A stretch of 62,799 nucleotides of DNA, the filler included, from Collodictyon triciliatum (taxonomy: Eukaryota), in assembly GCA_043381765.1 (NCBI GenBank). It is 30 parts of 30 records of this genome, joined end to end, with 100 filler letters (N's around TTAATTAATTAA, not from the genome) between each part and the next. Parts side by side here need not be neighbours in the genome. Positions count along the whole stretch, not along the records: positions 60,829 to 62,799 come from JBHJMP010009792.1; 29 more parts are not named here. The stretch is one strand, 5' to 3'. This document shows, one piece after another, positions 61,579 through 62,799 of this stretch. The translations under genes were made by a program, and so were the position numbers. Position 1 is the first letter of the stretch. Each line of letters opens with the position of its first letter. Below the pieces are notes generated by a model. The model had not been told where the DNA came from. It ran no database searches and worked only from the letters and a program-made list of their open reading frames with translations.

Positions 61579-61647
61579 TTTCAAAGTATTGGCCAGAGTC
61601 TATTATTATTTTAAGAAAAGATGATTGACACAATTATCACAAATTAG

Positions 61648-62670
61648 AGTGCCCTCTCTAAGGAAGAGCGTATCAAATGCTCTGCGCTGACCCGCTGGTT
61701 TGACCATATTCAAAGCAACCCAATATTTTCGGGCAATTTAACTCCCACTCCGATTCAGCTGAACGTCGATTTCATTCCAAGGGTTTTCCTTTAGTCATCA
61801 TCCTAAATTTATTTATGTTTTCAATCAAAGCATTCAAATAGTGTGCTCTTCAATGGATAGTGGCACCCACTCTTGTTTTCCAATCGGCTCTTATTTAATT
61901 CTATGTTTTCTTTAGAGCTTCGACAAGCCTATGATTCCTGAACCCTCCGCATCAAGTGCTGAAGTAAGTTCTCCAGTTACAGTTGAAGAGAAAAAGGACA
62001 AGAAGAAAGCTGCGCCAAAAGCTGCCGATGCACAAACCAATGTCGAAAAGCCTGTGAAGGAGGCCAAAGAGCCAAAAGAACCGAAAGAACCGAAAGAACC
62101 GAAAGAACCAAAGGAGCCGAAAGAATCGAAGGAACCTAAGGAGCCGAAAGAATCGAAGGAGGCTAAAAAGCCTAAGGATTCAAAAGAGAGCAAGGAGGGT
62201 ACATAATTACGCTGGAGCTACTTCATTTTTTTTGTTCAATTTTGTAGTTATATTTGATGTATATAAAGGAAGCCAAGTCAAACTTTTTATTTAATTTACG
62301 GATTGTATGCATCAAGTTGTCGGCGAAGAGGACATTACGGTCGACCTATCAAAGCTCGATTTTCGCGTTGCCCTCATTAAAAAGTATGATATACCATAAT
62401 TTCTTGGCCGAATCCTTCATGTATCTCATATTTAGTGCACTGCTTCATGAACTATATTCGCTGATAACCTTAGAACAGCACATATCTCCCAAACTCTTTT
62501 TTTAAAAAAATCCCAGTTGTCCTCTCTGTAAATTAATAACCATAATAATCAGGGCCTGGAAGCATCCAGACGCAGAGTCTTTGTATGTTGAAGAGGTCGA
62601 TTTGAACGAGAAGGCCCCCCGCACTGTTGTTTCTGGGCTGGTTGGGAAAGTGCCTTTGGAAGAAATGCAG
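61648..62670 (+). CDS. Arc1p/AIMP1-like aminoacyl-tRNA synthetase cofactor (GST-like end, KEP linker, tRNA-binding OB fold), partial
   Basis: [10 protein letters not shown], a (KEP)n linker, then [39 protein letters not shown]. Confidence 0.85.
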
Positions 62671-62699
62671 GTTTTAGTCCCACTGTATTTTCTTTTTTC

Positions 62700-62799
<100 letters not shown>

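Overview
This is not one locus. It is 30 unrelated short contigs (mostly ~1.97-1.99 kb, in decreasing length) joined by artificial N44-TTAATTAATTAA-N44 linkers, so synteny is meaningful only within a contig. The source is an AT-rich, microsatellite-rich, intron-containing eukaryote using the standard genetic code and carrying cilia/flagella genes (TTC21B/IFT139, an inner-arm dynein heavy chain, SAXO). Other recognisable host gene fragments are POLR3C, dTMP kinase, MIOS, OSGEP/Kae1, a NEK kinase, a Deltex-type ligase, an Arc1/AIMP1-like protein and several signalling or receptor genes. The most notable signals are: (1) a family of ultra-short 26-29 nt insertions, (C)CTTTGAATCGAATAAAGG-A-tail, flanked by 13-15 bp target-site duplications and matching the hairpin that ends a resident L1/Tx1-like LINE; (2) four pieces of that LINE family, including an internally deleted derivative; (3) a decayed Fanzor1/TnpB-like N-terminus interrupted by that LINE, next to a candidate structured RNA; and (4) unusual domain architectures (LRR-polycystin channel, single-pass GAIN/GPS protein with an RS-rich stalk). 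All protein identities come from motif recognition by eye, not database searches.
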